64,000 nucleotides of DNA from Chiloscyllium plagiosum (lineage: Eukaryota), in the NCBI RefSeq assembly GCF_004010195.1, contig NC_057711.1, positions 135,311,444 to 135,375,443 of the forward strand. The letters are read 5' to 3'. The notes beneath the pieces were generated by a model. It was given only the letters and a program-made list of their open reading frames with translations. It made no database searches and was not told where the DNA came from. Both the position numbers and the translations under genes were made by a program. Every line of letters begins with the position of its first letter. Position 1 is the stretch's first letter. Below, piece by piece: positions 11,945 to 23,890 of the stretch.

Positions 11945-12010
11945 GCTAGAATCGAACCTGGGTCCCTGGTGCTGTGAGGTTACAGTGCTAACTATTGAGC
12001 CAGTGAGCCA
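11945..12010 (-). mobile_element. HE1-type V-SINE, tRNA-like head (partner of 7709-7982)
   Basis: GAATCGAACCTGGGTCCCTGGTGCTGTGAGG...GTGCTAAC..TGAGCCA on the plus strand. Confidence 0.8.
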
Positions 12011-13217
12011 TATGGAATGTGATGAATGATGGGAACCCCTGAATTGTGGCAAATCTGTTGGTTAATTATGAGGGACGTAGTGACATACTGAAAAGAGCAC
12101 GGTGTTGAGCAATGTGATAGTACAGTAGATTAAGAAACTGCTAGAGCAGTGAAGGCAAGTGGAATATCATGGCAGGGGAGAAAGATGTAATGAAAGACCC
12201 TCCCCTGACCTAAAAAAACATTGTTTACTTGGCTTAACCCAGGCACTTCCATCAATGTTTTGACAGATACTTTGGAAAACCAACAATGAAGTATTTCCTT
12301 AATGTTAATAAAAGGGGAAATGCTTTAACTACAATCCTTTATACAATGAATGCAGAATGCATTTTTCGCCTGTGGATAAGTGGACACTGAATCTGTTCAT
12401 GTTTTGTGCAATGAGTTCCATCGCTGTTTAAAATTCAATACTAATTCCCATTTCTGCATGGCCACTTTTAATAAAGGTGCTAGAAGCAATTTACAAGCAC
12501 TCATAATAATTGTCCAGCTATTATATTTGTGATTCAGCCTTTTATTGTTTTTTTGTTGTGTGCAGCAATTAAAGTCAAATCAGAGGCATCTATTATCATT
12601 CCTGGCAGCTGCACACACAATTAACAAAAAATGAATCAGACAAATGGCAATAGAAAAATTACAATGCAATTCTGCGAATCCAAATAATAGTTGGGTTTTA
12701 CAGGGAAACCTTTTCAAAAGGGGGCTACCATATTTCATCAGACTGGAGCTAGTACATCACCCGAACAAAACAGAAAGGCTTGCCATAGTTACTACAAGCA
12801 TTGACATTATAAATATGTTCTTCTGAATGCTATTATTCAGAAGCTGCACAGAACAAGCTCATCTTTGGATATGTCAGAAACGCTAATAATGCATGTCTGC
12901 ATATTACAGAATAATTGTCGACTTAACCATCATCTAAAATCTCAATGGTTGAACCTTCATTTTTTTTTTGGAAAATCAGTTGTGATTCTTGTTGAGCCAA
13001 AGCCCTTATTGACTTTTAACACACAATTGCCATCACTAATCTTCAGCTCATTAATTATGCAATTGGCCTCTTCCAGACTTGACTATGGAACCATGTGATA
13101 GGAGAGCTCTCCAGGATTTTCATACCACTAGTGTCATATTTAATCCATGCTCCGCTGCAAGCCAGGAGCTGCTGTAAACAATGTATTCCTGACACTTTCT
13201 CCTGATTGACAGAACCT

Positions 13218-13396
13218 AAAAGGCAGGTAGCTCCTTGGTTGGCCAACAGAGTACCTGGATGTGATGGTGAATGGATTAGTTGAAATAAAGGCAGTGTATT
13301 TTCCTGAAAACGATGCCACCCCAGCAGATGTAGCCAGAGAGCAGCCTGGGTCAGCAATGTCGAAAGAAGGTCAGTGATCCACTGAGCTCCACTGAG
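13218..13396 (+). mobile_element. Harbinger-associated Myb/SANT-like ORF fossil, first exon
   Basis: Peptides KRQVAPWLAN, YLDVMVNGLVEIKAVYFPEND and QQCRKKVSDP, followed by the donor-like GAG|GTAAAT. A possible element end GAAAATTCCAGCC lies at 15130-15142. Confidence 0.6.
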
Positions 13397-13744
13397 GTAA
13401 ATGTCAACACTTTCTCTCTCCTACCATGCACTTACAGGGTCATCATTCAATCTTATGTTGCCACTGCACACACCCCTCCCCAACGTTCATTGATTACAGC
13501 ACTCAGTATTGTCTGCAACTGTACATTCAACAGTTCTCACCCACTCAACCTCTGCAATTACTAACCCTACCTGCCCATCCTACATGACACAAGCCCTCAT
13601 GTCCCTACATCTCCAATAATATCTCTTCCATCCACTTCCATTCTCTCCAATCCCTCCCTTTGTGCCATTTCAGGAAAGAAATCTCTCCAAAAGGGCCAAG
13701 ATCTGGTGGTATGATAGCAAGCATTAGTCTACTCATGCTTTGAC

Positions 13745-14255
13745 ATTTGCCAACCAGAGACAATCTAACCACCACCTCTTGACATTCAATGGTGTTACCA
13801 TCACTGAATCCTCCACAAACAACAACCTGGGGGTTACCATTGACTAGAAACTCAACTGGACTCACCACATAAACACAGTGGCTGTAAGTGCAGGTCAGAG
13901 GCTTGGAATACTGTCCACCATCTATAAGGCACAAATCAGGATTGTGATGGAATATGCCCCAATTTGCCTGGATGAGTGCAGCTCCAACAACAGTCAAGAA
14001 GCTTACCATCATCTAGGACCAAGCAGCCCACTTGATTAGTACCACACCCACAAACATCCAGTCCCTTCACCATTGAGGCTCAGTGGCAGCTGTGTGTACT
14101 ATCTAAAAGATGCGCTGTAGAAATTTACCAAAGTTCCTGAGGCAGCACCTTCCAAACCCAGAAACATTTCCATTCAGAAGGGCAAGGGAAGCAGATACAT
14201 GGGAACGCACCTCCTATAAGTTCATCTCCAACCTACTCACTGCCCTGACTTGGAA
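13745..14255 (+). mobile_element. Non-LTR retrotransposon fragment (CR1/L2-group, same family as 41060-42500)
   Basis: Peptides LTFNGVTITES, LGVTID.KLNWTHHIN and IYKAQIRIVMEYAP. Reverse-complement similarity to 41700-41990. Confidence 0.75.
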
Positions 14256-14592
14256 ATCCTTCACCCAAACCAGGGTATATGCTACCAGAGCTTTCCAGGC
14301 ATCAAAATCTGAATCTGAAGGAGGCCTATGGTGTTTTACTACAGGCCTAATACAAACAGGGGCAGTATTGTATCTGTTTCAGTGTCAGTCTAAAGGTTTT
14401 GTAAAGATGCCTCACTGTGTTTGTAGAAGGCAGCCTTTTGTCAATAGCAGTCATCCCCGTATAGTCTGAGGACATTTAAAGGAAGTAGGAATATGTGAGT
14501 TCTCTCGTGTGTATACATCATGGCTGCCCTCAGGATAACTGGTGCACACCTTGCTGGTGTATGCTGGGATATGCTGGTAGTGATGGAGTTGG

Positions 14593-14829
14593 GGGTAGAG
14601 ATTGTGGTGCTGGAAAAGCACAGCAGTTAGGCAGATTCCGAGGAGTAGGAGAATCAATGTTTTGGGAATAAGCTCTTCATCAGGAATCAGCCCTTCATAA
14701 GCCCTTCTGATGAAGGGCTTATGCCCGAAACATCAATTCTCCTGCTCCTCGGATACTGCCTGACCGGCTGTGCTTTTCCAGCACCACACTCACTCTGATC
14801 TCCAGCATCTGCAATCCTCACTTTCTCCC
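14593..14829. mobile_element. Fold-back Penelope-like mini element
   Basis: Inverted arms (GCTGGAAAAGCACAGC / GCTGTGCTTTTCCAGC). CTGATGA-A-GGGC-TTAT-GCCC-GAAACATC at 14707-14734. Flanking direct repeat TG(A/G)TGGAGTTGG. Confidence 0.8.
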
Positions 14830-16059
14830 AATGGTGGAGTTGGACAAATGTCAGGACAAGCATCTGGAAAGCCGCCAGGAGTTAACTGATCTGATTTCAT
14901 AATGAGAATTTGTACCATCTTGGAGAAGTCTTGCATGGACCTGAGGAGAGACTAGATAATATTGAGGCACAAATACATAGAAATAAGGTAGTTGTTGTTC
15001 AATAACAAGATTCAGAACTCACTACTAATCACCACTGGAAAATTTTCTCAGATTTGGGAATATGACTTTTTTCATTTGTACTATATTTTTCCACCTTTCT
15101 AACCTTTGCCCATGTCATTCAAGGCAGCAGAAAATTCCAGCCAATATATCATCTGATATCAATCCTGAAAATGTTTTCTTTGCTGCTCAAAAGTTGACCA
15201 CCTTACCATAGACTATCTGCAGCCAACTGACGAGGTTAATGTATTTGGTGGTTTAAGAATGATTTTAAAAAAAAGTGCAGTAACAGCGAGCACAAACAGT
15301 TTAAGCGGGATTAAGCATGGTCATTCATGTGAAATGCAAAGACCTCTAGGGGTAACCTACTCAGTAATCTTCATTGTGCTCTGCTATGGTCATCTCCCAT
15401 TTATTCCAGTGTTAACTAATTCCTTTCCTTTCAGCTTAATTGTAAAGAGGAAGCACATCCCAATTTCCTCTCCAACCCTCCACCCAAACCAGGGTATATG
15501 CTACCAGAGTGCTCCAGGCATCAAGATCTGATCTGAAGGCAGCCTGTGGTGGTTGATGATGGCCCTAATACAAGCAGAGACCCAAATCTAATTAGAAAGA
15601 AGGTAACTCCTGGCACCAGTGATTTAAAAGTAACAGCAGCTGTGAGCAGTGACAGATTCCAGATAAACAAGAGTAAAATCTCTCAAGAAATTATACACAA
15701 TAGAAAGTAAGGAAATGAGTGTGGTATTAGAGCTAAATGTTTAGTTTATTATTCATCTTAATTATTGCAAAGATAATATATTTTAGATCAATGAATAGAA
15801 TAAAGGGGCTCAATGACAGAAATAGATCCAAGGGCACACAGTAAATATAGTAAGTACAGGAAACTAAATAGATCCAATTTGCTTTAAATAAGTGTCTGTT
15901 CTACATAAATCAGAACCAAATAGCAATTCATTATTAAATGATTTCAAATCAAATTTAAACATCAGCTAATGAGCATTAAACTCAAGAATTCTATTAGTTC
16001 TAGATTCTAATTACAGCAATTAAAAATTAAGGTTAGCAAAAACAAAATCATGTGTTTAG

Positions 16060-16560
16060 GCTATGATAAAGGGGAATGCATGGATACTGAGGCTGTCCTG
16101 AGCTTCCACATCTGCAGTCAATGTCTCTGGCTTAAGGCACTCTGACTCAGAGCTATTGAGCTGAAGCATGAGTTAAGAAACATTCTGACTCATAGGTGTG
16201 GTTATGAATTTTTGGTTTGCTTTCTCCAGAGTGTAGTTGCAGCACAACAGAAAGCACAGGTGCAACAAGGAGAGAGTATGACTACCTGTCAGCATTGGGA
16301 GAACAAAGAATAACACACCAGGAGTTCCCACAGTCAGTGGTTATTTCCAAGAAAGTGCACTGTACATACTAACTGTGATTAAAAGGGCTGTGGGGCAAAT
16401 GGTCACAATAGTAACCGTGGCACAATGGAACAGGAGGATGTCCAAGAGTTGTTGGGGTCAACTAGAATTTGAAGAAAATAGAGAAAAGGAGGAAGATTGT
16501 GGTTACAGGCAATTTAATAATGAGGGAGGATAAATAAAGATATCTCCCCTACCTGGTGTA
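16060..16560 (+). mobile_element. Degenerate CR1 ORF1 (zinc finger, coiled coil, SGNH-esterase start)
   Basis: Peptides HICSQCLWLKAL*LRAIELKHELRNI and KIVVTGNLIMR (compare VVIGDSIIR). Confidence 0.55.
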
Positions 16561-16629
16561 GATTGGCAAAGGTAACAAAATACAGAAATTAAATGGGTTT
16601 AAAATATCTCTACAAATAATCAGTACTTT

Positions 16630-17160
16630 GTACAGAAATGGCAAAAAGGTATAATTCTTCTCAGAAGCAACCAAATTAGAGAAGAATGACGTGGAACACA
16701 AGTTTTGATATTATGGAGGTGGCAGTGCCTTGGATACAGTACCCCTCCAAATTAAACACTAAAACTGAAGCTGAGCAATAGAAAGGTATACTGTATTTGG
16801 TGGATCCAAATGCAGTTTAGGTTATTAACAGACAACCATTAAGGAGAATAGATGCTTTTGAAGTTGTATTAAAATATTTTTTACTTTATCCAATTTAAAA
16901 AAAAATATAGAAATCTCAAAGAAGCAAGATTTAACACAAGTTCAACTTCCAGTCGCGTCTGTAGACTATTTGAACTTTGCAGATGACCGAGAAATTGTGA
17001 ACACAGAGCTTCAAAACTGAATTCTTAAGGGACAAAATTGTTGTTCGAATTCTTGATGAAACATTATCAGCTTACTTACAGACCAATGGAAAATGTAACT
17101 TTGAAGAAAACTTTCCAAATCACACTGAAGCCGAAGACAGAAATACTCAGACAGATCCTG
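16630..17160 (+). mobile_element. Degenerate Gypsy/Ty3 gag fragment
   Basis: Peptides ARFN, ENCEH-like and LRDKIVVRILDETLSAYLQ resemble the Gypsy gag motif ARFN..Q...CEY..LIRDRIVVGI.D..LSEKLQ. Confidence 0.6.
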
Positions 17161-17182
17161 AGAGAAGACCAACAATACCAGA

Positions 17183-17312
17183 CTACCACCTGCTGAAGGA
17201 GCGTCGCTCAGAAAGCTGGTGTGCTTCCAATTAAACCTGTTGGACTATAACCTGGTGTTGTGTCATTTTTAACTTTGTACACCCCAGTCCAACACCGGCA
17301 TCTCCAAATCAT
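17183..17312 (+). mobile_element. Short Penelope-like pLTR insertion (AGCT-core subfamily)
   Basis: 12-bp TSD AACA(A/T)TACCAGA at 17171-17182 and 17313-17324. Contains cac-CTGCTGA-AGGAGCGTCGCTCA-GAAAGCTG. Matches the 4397 element. Confidence 0.8.
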
Positions 17313-17544
17313 AACATTACCAGAGCAACTGAGTCTCTTTATAAGAAAAAGATACATGGAAGAGGCACATGAGAAGCTTTTAAAGGGAATAGCCTTAAAA
17401 TCTGATGCAAAAAAGTGTTAGCACTAAACAGTAACAATGCCTTCAGGTGTAAAAACTTCCAACCATTACAAACAAATACTAATTTACGAAAACTGTAGAT
17501 GAGTTTCAGAAATCGTGCAGAAGGGGATAATTAATTAGGCCATT

Positions 17545-17942
17545 GAGTCATAGAGATGTACAGCGCAGAAACAGACCCTTCAGTCCAACTCATCCATGCC
17601 ACCAAGGTATCCGAAAATAATCCAGTTCCATTTGCCAGCATTTGGCCCATGTCCCTCTAAACTCTTCCTATTCATGTCACATCCAGGTGCCTTTTAACTG
17701 TTGTAATTGTACCAGCCTCCGCCATTTCCTCTGGCAGCTCATTCCACCCATGTCCCACCCTTTGTATGAAAACAATCCCCCTTAGGTCCATTTTCACTCT
17801 TTCCACCTCACCTTAAACCTATGCCCTCTAGCTTTGGACTCCTCCAATCCTGGGGAAAAAACTTTGGTTGTTCACTCTATTCTTGCCCCTCATTATTTTA
17901 TAAACCTCTATAAGGTCACCCCTCACCCTCCAAAGCTCCAGC
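17545..17942 (-). mobile_element. CR1/HER1-type LINE 3' end
   Basis: Peptide [13 protein letters not shown]. Tail GAGTCATAGAGATGTACAGC on the plus strand. Confidence 0.85.
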
Positions 17943-18164
17943 CTTGCCTGTGTCATGCTATGTAAACAAAAACAAACCTGATCTAATGCCAGATTTTGGT
18001 AGAAGTAGTAAGTGCCACAAGATACCAGCAATGGTTATCTGGGAAAGTACCAGGGAGCTAAGGTTTAAATGGGAGAAAGTAATTTGTCAAATATACAAAT
18101 GAAGAAGGCTTCATGCATGGGGCAGTTGGTGATATGTGGCCTACCTACCATTGACAGGGACTGA

Positions 18165-18711
18165 CCTGACCCACCAATCACCACTCATTTTAATTCCCCT
18201 TCCCACACCCTTTTAGACATGACCATCCTTGGTCTCCTCCATTGCCACAGCGAATCAGACCGCAAATTGAAGGAACAACACCCCATCTTCCGTCTGGGCA
18301 GCCTACAGCCCGGTGCACTCAACATTGAGTCCTCCAATTTCAAATAACCTCCCTTCCAATCCCCCGGCTCCCTTTTTAGCCCCTCCCCCTCCCTCCCTTC
18401 CATTCCTCTGGTCGACCCTTCCTTCCAGCTACCAACTGGATTCATTCCTCCCATCGACCAACCAGGCCGTACACCCTACCTGTGCTCACAGAGCCCTATC
18501 TCAGCATCCTGCCCCCTTCCCTATCCAAAATCCTCCCCTACCCCACCCTGTTTTATCTGCAGCTCCCCCACACCCACCCTCAGTCCTAAAGCAGTGTTAC
18601 ACTTAAAATGTTGACTTCTCCACGTCCTGAAGCTGCCTGGCTTGCTGTGTTCTTACAGTCTCCTACTTATCTACCTTGGATTCCAGCAGCTGCAGGTTTT
18701 TTTTGTCTGTC
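18165..18711 (+). mobile_element. Penelope-like element 3' end (GIY-YIG C-terminus + 3' region)
   Basis: 18165-18347 translates to PDPPITTHFNSPSHTLLDMTILGLLHCHSESDRKLKEQHPIFRLGSLQPGALNIESSNFK*, with the HF, RKLKE and P.GLN motifs of the PLE endonuclease. Imperfect flanking repeat TTGACAG..GG.ACTGA. Confidence 0.85.
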
Positions 18712-18891
18712 TTTGACAGAGGGCACTGATGAATGTCATTCTGTGTACCACTTTTAATGTGACACAATGCAAACAAATTTCTGCCCACTACTCAGATGAA
18801 CGAATCATTTGGCAAAAGGAGTTTCACAAGGATCTTTACATCGATCACAATTATTTATTATCTATGATTAGACTTGGGAATCAGAAAATCA

Positions 18892-19185
18892 GGGTGGCAC
18901 AGTGGCTCAGTGGTTAGCACTGCTGCCTCATAGGACCAGGTTCAGTTCCAGCCTTGGGCAACTGTCTGTGTGGAGTTTGCACATTCTCCCTGTGTCTGAG
19001 TGGGTTTCCTCTGGATGCTCTGGTTTTGTGCCACAGTCCAAAGATGTGCAGGTCAGGTGAATTGGCCATACTAAATTACACCTAGTGTTAGGTGCATTAG
19101 ACAGAGGGAAATGTGTCTGGGTGGGTTACTCTTTGGAGGGTCGGTGTGGACTTGTTGGGCCGAAGGGCCTGTTTCCACACTGTAG
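18892..19185 (+). mobile_element. HE1-type V-SINE
   Basis: GGGTGGCACAGTGGCTCAGTGGTTAGCACTGCTGCC ... GGGCCTGTTTCCACACTGTAG. Confidence 0.9.
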
Positions 19186-19454
19186 AGAAAACAATATTAC
19201 ATTTCCGAAAAAGAACAAATTGGTGGGCTTTAGATAATTCATTGGAGGACTGTAACAAAACACAAGAAGACATTACTGACCTTGTAGATCAATATTGTCA
19301 TTGGGACATCAAAATAAGAAAGTGTGAAGTAATGCATTTTAGGAGGAAGCAAAAGAAGGCACCATATTCCTTGGGAAACAGGTAATTAAATGTATTATAG
19401 GAGCACAGGGATTCAGATATACATATCGTCAAAAGTGATCAATGTGTTTAAAAG

Positions 19455-19618
19455 AGAACAAGTTATTGCAGATGCTGGAATCTGTACTGAAAGCTAAAAA
19501 TGCTAGAGATAACAGCTGGTCAGAGACCTGATTAAAAGTCATCCAGAATTGAAACATTAGCTTGCTTTCTCTCCATGGATGCTACCTGACCAGCTGTTAT
19601 CTCAAGCATTTTTTGGTT
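19455..19618. mobile_element. Fold-back Penelope-like mini element within an old CR1 fragment
   Basis: 16-bp TSD TCAATGTGTTTAAAAG at 19439-19454 and 19619-19634. Arms GAGATAACAGCTGGTCAG / CTGACCAGCTGTTATCTC. Confidence 0.8.
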
Positions 19619-20209
19619 TCAATGTGTTTAAAAGGGTTTGGAAAAAGAAAACAGAAAACAAAGACTTATTTCGAAAAGGATAGATTTGAAAAACAGAAAT
19701 ACCTCTGTACAAACTTGTCAGACCGTACCGGGCCTTTGAAACTAATTAGGATATATCTTGGTTTTGTGACGAGGGTGCAGTCTGCTATATGTGTGCTATC
19801 CTGAATTAAGTTCAATGTGTCTGTCTGTAGATTTTTAATTCAGCTACCTCATTACAATTTTATCTCCAGGATTACTGCCCTTCAGGTGTTTGCTCAATTT
19901 AACTCCAGTAGTTTGAGAGATAATCCAAAGATGGAAGTTGAAGGAGTAGCCAGGCAAAAACTGTTAGCATGGAGTGTCGATGATCAAATACGATAGTCTT
20001 TTTCATTGATGTCTTGCCGGAAGTGTTGATGAAAGCGTTGATGTTAGAGCAGGCTGCTGAGACAAGGAAGGGGTGCTTGGAGGCATTAGAAGTCAGCAAC
20101 AAGAATGTTAAAACAGGATGCTAGATTTATAGTATCCACAGAAAATGTTTTAATTAATTAATCTGAGTACAGGGCCACATCCACCTATAACCTGCAGTAA
20201 ACCAAGTTG

Positions 20210-20392
20210 ACATAGTCATACCAGATCTTACAGCTGCTCTCTCACTAGACTGAGAAGGCTGCTGGTCATTTAACCTTAAGACCAGCACACCTCTGGTGAG
20301 GGGACAAGTTGAGAAGGAGGGCACTTCATGATCACCTCAGCTGGTATAGGAATTGAACCCACGCCGTTGGCATCCCTTTGAATTGCAATCCT
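20210..20392 (-). mobile_element. Second tRNA-derived SINE family
   Basis: Minus strand reads GATGCCAACGGCGTGGGTTCAATTCC (B box) then CTTCTCAACTTGTCCCCTCACC. Homologous to the copies at 25600-26165 and 53270-53472. Confidence 0.65.
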
Positions 20393-20614
20393 GCAGTACA
20401 CATGATAACGACTCTTCCCTCCATTTGCTCAACTTAACTTCACCTCATCACATCACACTTCACAGGAACATCTGATACTTATGTATTTCCTCATATCCCA
20501 TCAGTGAGTCCATAACTCTCACTCTTCCTCATCCTAAAGCAATATCATGCCCCTCCTTTACAGTCATCCTCACCTGTATTCATCCACCAGCTGAACACAG
20601 TACACTCACACATC

Positions 20615-20722
20615 GACTCATAGTGATGTACAGCAAGGAAACAGACCCATCGGCCCAACTCATCCATGCTGACCACATATCCTTAATTAATCTAGTCCAA
20701 TTTGTCAGCATTTGGCTCATGG
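20615..20722 (-). mobile_element. CR1 3' tail fragment
   Basis: TCATAGTGATGTACAGCAAGGAAACAGACCCATCGGCCCAAC on the plus strand. Confidence 0.75.
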
Positions 20723-21994
20723 GTCTGTCCTCCCTTTCTTCACTTGATAAGAGAGCACAGAACACTGGGAATAGAAAAAGAGGAAGTGGGCGAGAGACCG
20801 GGATTCAACACAGCACAGATGATACAACTGACAATTGCGGAGGTAAAGGTCATTGAGACTGGTAGAGTTTCAATATCCCTACTTGTCAGAGGTAGGGAGC
20901 TCTCAGCTTTCCACTGGCCATAAGGCACTCAATCACATTGGCTTGGTTTCAAGATGAAATGAAATATCATATTCATAATGGTAACCTTCAATATACTCAT
21001 ACCTAATTCATGTCTTTTATCTCCAACAGAGACTAGCCGTTCAGCAGAAGGTAGTCAAAAGGGCCAAAAGTGAATCCTCAGAGGAGCTGAGGAGGGTGCA
21101 CCTTCACAGGAAGCACTCAGACCAGACATCACCCTAGGATATTCATGCTTTGATAGGGCCAGTAAGGCAGATGGCTGGATTGTCACCTGATGACTCACAT
21201 TTGAGTGCTGAGGAAGAGCAGATGGTAGAGCCAGGCACAGCAGCAGACTGTCTGCATTAATCTCCTTTTGGAGTTGCACAGACTGCTCTCTGCACAACAA
21301 TCTGAATTGAATCTTTCAGAGACGAAGCAAGCCATGCACAGCTAGCATTCTCTTAAAATCCCAGCATAAGCAATAACTGTACATTCCACTGGCCATACAC
21401 AACAACAAAAAGTGTGGAGCTAACATTGTCCTTAGTGCAAGTATCTCCAGCTCTGTTCCTGTTCAGACATCCCTAAATATTATATCCTAGAGGGAAACAT
21501 TGCAAGTCATGGAGGCATTGAGCCAGTTATGAGGACCACAATGAGGCAACTTGATCCATAATTTAACTCATGTGGGATAGCATGACAGGTCTTCAAAGTA
21601 GACCCACCACAATTACTGAGAGAGTAGAGAAGTCCACGTCAAGAATGACTGGTATGATCCTTCAGACCACTAATACTCACAATGCCCCATGCTATAGCTT
21701 ATTAAACACTCCAGTCATATACACTTTGTTTAGTCTCCGGATCATAAAATGTCAAGCATCTTTAATAGTTTGATAGACATCTTAGCTTTGCCCATTAATC
21801 ATTTTGATGATCTGCACCAAAATGCTCTCCAACACAATTTTTGGTTTAACACAGTTTTTAGACTGATTTGTTTCAATAATAGTCCTGTTTACAAAAGAGT
21901 TGAAAAAAATTCATCATATGCTCTTAGTTGTAATTGACTTTGATAGGTTTAGTTTAGTTTAGTTCAGTTAAAACAGAATTCCAAATCTCAGCCA

Positions 21995-22155
21995 ATAAAG
22001 AAAGAAGATACTTTTCATGATCTTAGACAATCTCAAAAGGTTTAAGAGCTGATGAAATAATTTTAAAGTGTAGCCCCTACTGTAACATAAAGAAATAAAG
22101 GAGACAATTTGCACTCAAAGTACTGAATTAGTTTTCAAACACAGCAATGTAACTT
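21995..22155 (-). mobile_element. Deu-domain SINE remnant (SacSINE1/AmnSINE1-like)
   Basis: TTTTAAAGTGTAGCCCCTACTGTAACATAAAGAAA..ACAATTTGCAC resembles the reverse complement of the Deu domain as I recall it. Confidence 0.45.
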
Positions 22156-22253
22156 TCAGCATTTGAGCAGGAGCATATATCAAATTAAAAATCAAATATA
22201 ATATAAAAATAATTTTATCAGGTGGCTCAGGGTTTACAATAATAACACAATAA

Positions 22254-22830
22254 AGTACAGCACAGAAACAGGCCCTTCAGCCCACCAAGCCTGCACTGAT
22301 CCCTAATCCTTATTTAGACATGTTGCTTACTGCCCAGACATGGTTTCTATCCCTCTGTTTGTCTCTGAGTCATGTGTCCATCGAGATATACCTTAAACAT
22401 AGCTAACGTGTCTGCTTCCACTACCTCCACTGACAGAGCATTCCAAGCACCCATTACCCTCTGTGTGAAAACCTTTCCCCTCATTTCTCCCCTAAACTTT
22501 GCCCCTCTCACCTTCAACCTGTGCCATCTTGTAGTTGACCTTTCCACCTTGGGAAAAATCTCTGACAATCCACCCTATTTATGTCTGCCATAATTTTGTA
22601 AACCTCTATCAGATCACCCTTCAGCCTCTGTGTTTCCAGTAGAAACAATCTGAGTTTATCCAACCTTTCCTCATAACTAAAACCCTCCAGAGCAGGCAGC
22701 ATCCTGGTAAACCTCCTCTGCACCCTTTCCAAAGCATCCACATCCTTCTGGCAGTGAGGCGATCAGAACTGTAGGCAATATTCCAACTGTGACCTGACGA
22801 AAGGTTTGTTTATGTGTAACACAACGTGCC
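22254..22830 (-). mobile_element. CR1/HER1-type LINE 3' end
   Basis: Peptides [26 protein letters not shown] and FTQRVMGAWNAL. Confidence 0.88.
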
Positions 22831-23054
22831 AACTTTTATATTTACAACTGTAGCACGAATAAGTAAAGATCGTTTACCATTCTAAAAGTTATTTTTTCTA
22901 ATTTAAGCACAAAATTATATTTGCTTATTTCCCATGGGATAATCTCTTTGCACTTCACCTCCTCAGTTTTTATCTCTGTACGTTTACTCTTTTAGCATTC
23001 TTCACGAACATCTCCTCTACTTATCGATTCAGTTTTCAATATTTGAAAAGTACA

Positions 23055-23890
23055 ATGGGACCTTGATCAAATGGGCCAATGGAAAGTGGCAGATGGAATT
23101 TAATTTTGGATAAATGTCAGGTGCTGCATTTTGGAAAAGCAAATCTTAGCAGGACTTACACTCTTAATGGGAAAGTCCTGTGGTGTGCTGCTGAGCAAAG
23201 AGAGTGCAGGTTCATAGTTCCTTGAAAGTGGAGTCACACGTAGATAGGGTAGCGAAGAATGCATTTGATATGTTTACCTTTCTTTGTCTGTGCATTGAAC
23301 GTAGGAGTTGAGAGATCATGTTGCAGCTGCACAAGAATTTGGTTCGCCCATTATTGGAATACTGCATGCAATTTTGGTCTGCCTGCTATAGGAAGGATGT
23401 TGTGAAATTTGAAAGGGTTCAGAAAAGATTGACAAGGATGTTGCAAGGGTTAAAGGGTTTGAGCTGGAGGGAGAAGTTGAACAGTTTGGGACTATTTTCC
23501 CTGGAGCATCAGAGGGGTGACCTTATAGAAGTTCATAAATCATGAGGGGCATGGATAGTGTAAATAGACAAGTTATTTTCCCAGGGGTAGGGGAGTCCAA
23601 AACTAGAGGGCAGAGGTTTAGGGTGAGAGGAGAAATATTTAAAAGGGACCTAAGGGGCAACTTTTTCATGCAGCGGGTGGAATGAACTGCCAGAGGAAGT
23701 AGTGGGGGCTGGTACAATTACAACATTTAAAAGACATCTGGATAGACTTATGAATAGGAAAGGTTTAGAGGGATATAGGCCAATTGCTGGCAAATGGGAC
23801 TAGATTAGATCAGGATATCTGTTTGGCGTAGACAAGTTGGACTGAAGGGTCTATTGCCGTGCTGTATATCTCTATCACTCTATGACTCCT
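23055..23890 (+). mobile_element. CR1/HER1-type LINE 3' end
   Basis: Peptide LVRPLLEYCMQFWS..RKDVVKFERVQKR. Tail CTCTATCACTCTATGACTC. Confidence 0.9.

Larger units (their letters stand above)
20002..20870 (+). mobile_element. Harbinger-associated Myb/SANT-like ORF fossil (two exon-like blocks, interrupted)
   Basis: FIDVLPEVLMKAL...ETRKGCLEALEVSNKN at about 20002-20110 and QMIQLTIAEVKVIETG at about 20815-20865. Similar layout to the 13218 and 36546 copies. Confidence 0.45.

Noticed and set aside
14593-14829. Short palindromes as DNA-transposon MITEs or miRNA precursors
   Set aside because: The arms are asymmetric with a one-sided tail, the TSDs are long and variable, single-arm copies exist, and the sequence is linked to a PLE ORF at 18165.
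19130-19185. Shared 3' tail of HE1 SINE and CR1 LINE as a novelty
   Set aside because: This is the established HE1/HER1 SINE-LINE partnership in elasmobranchs.
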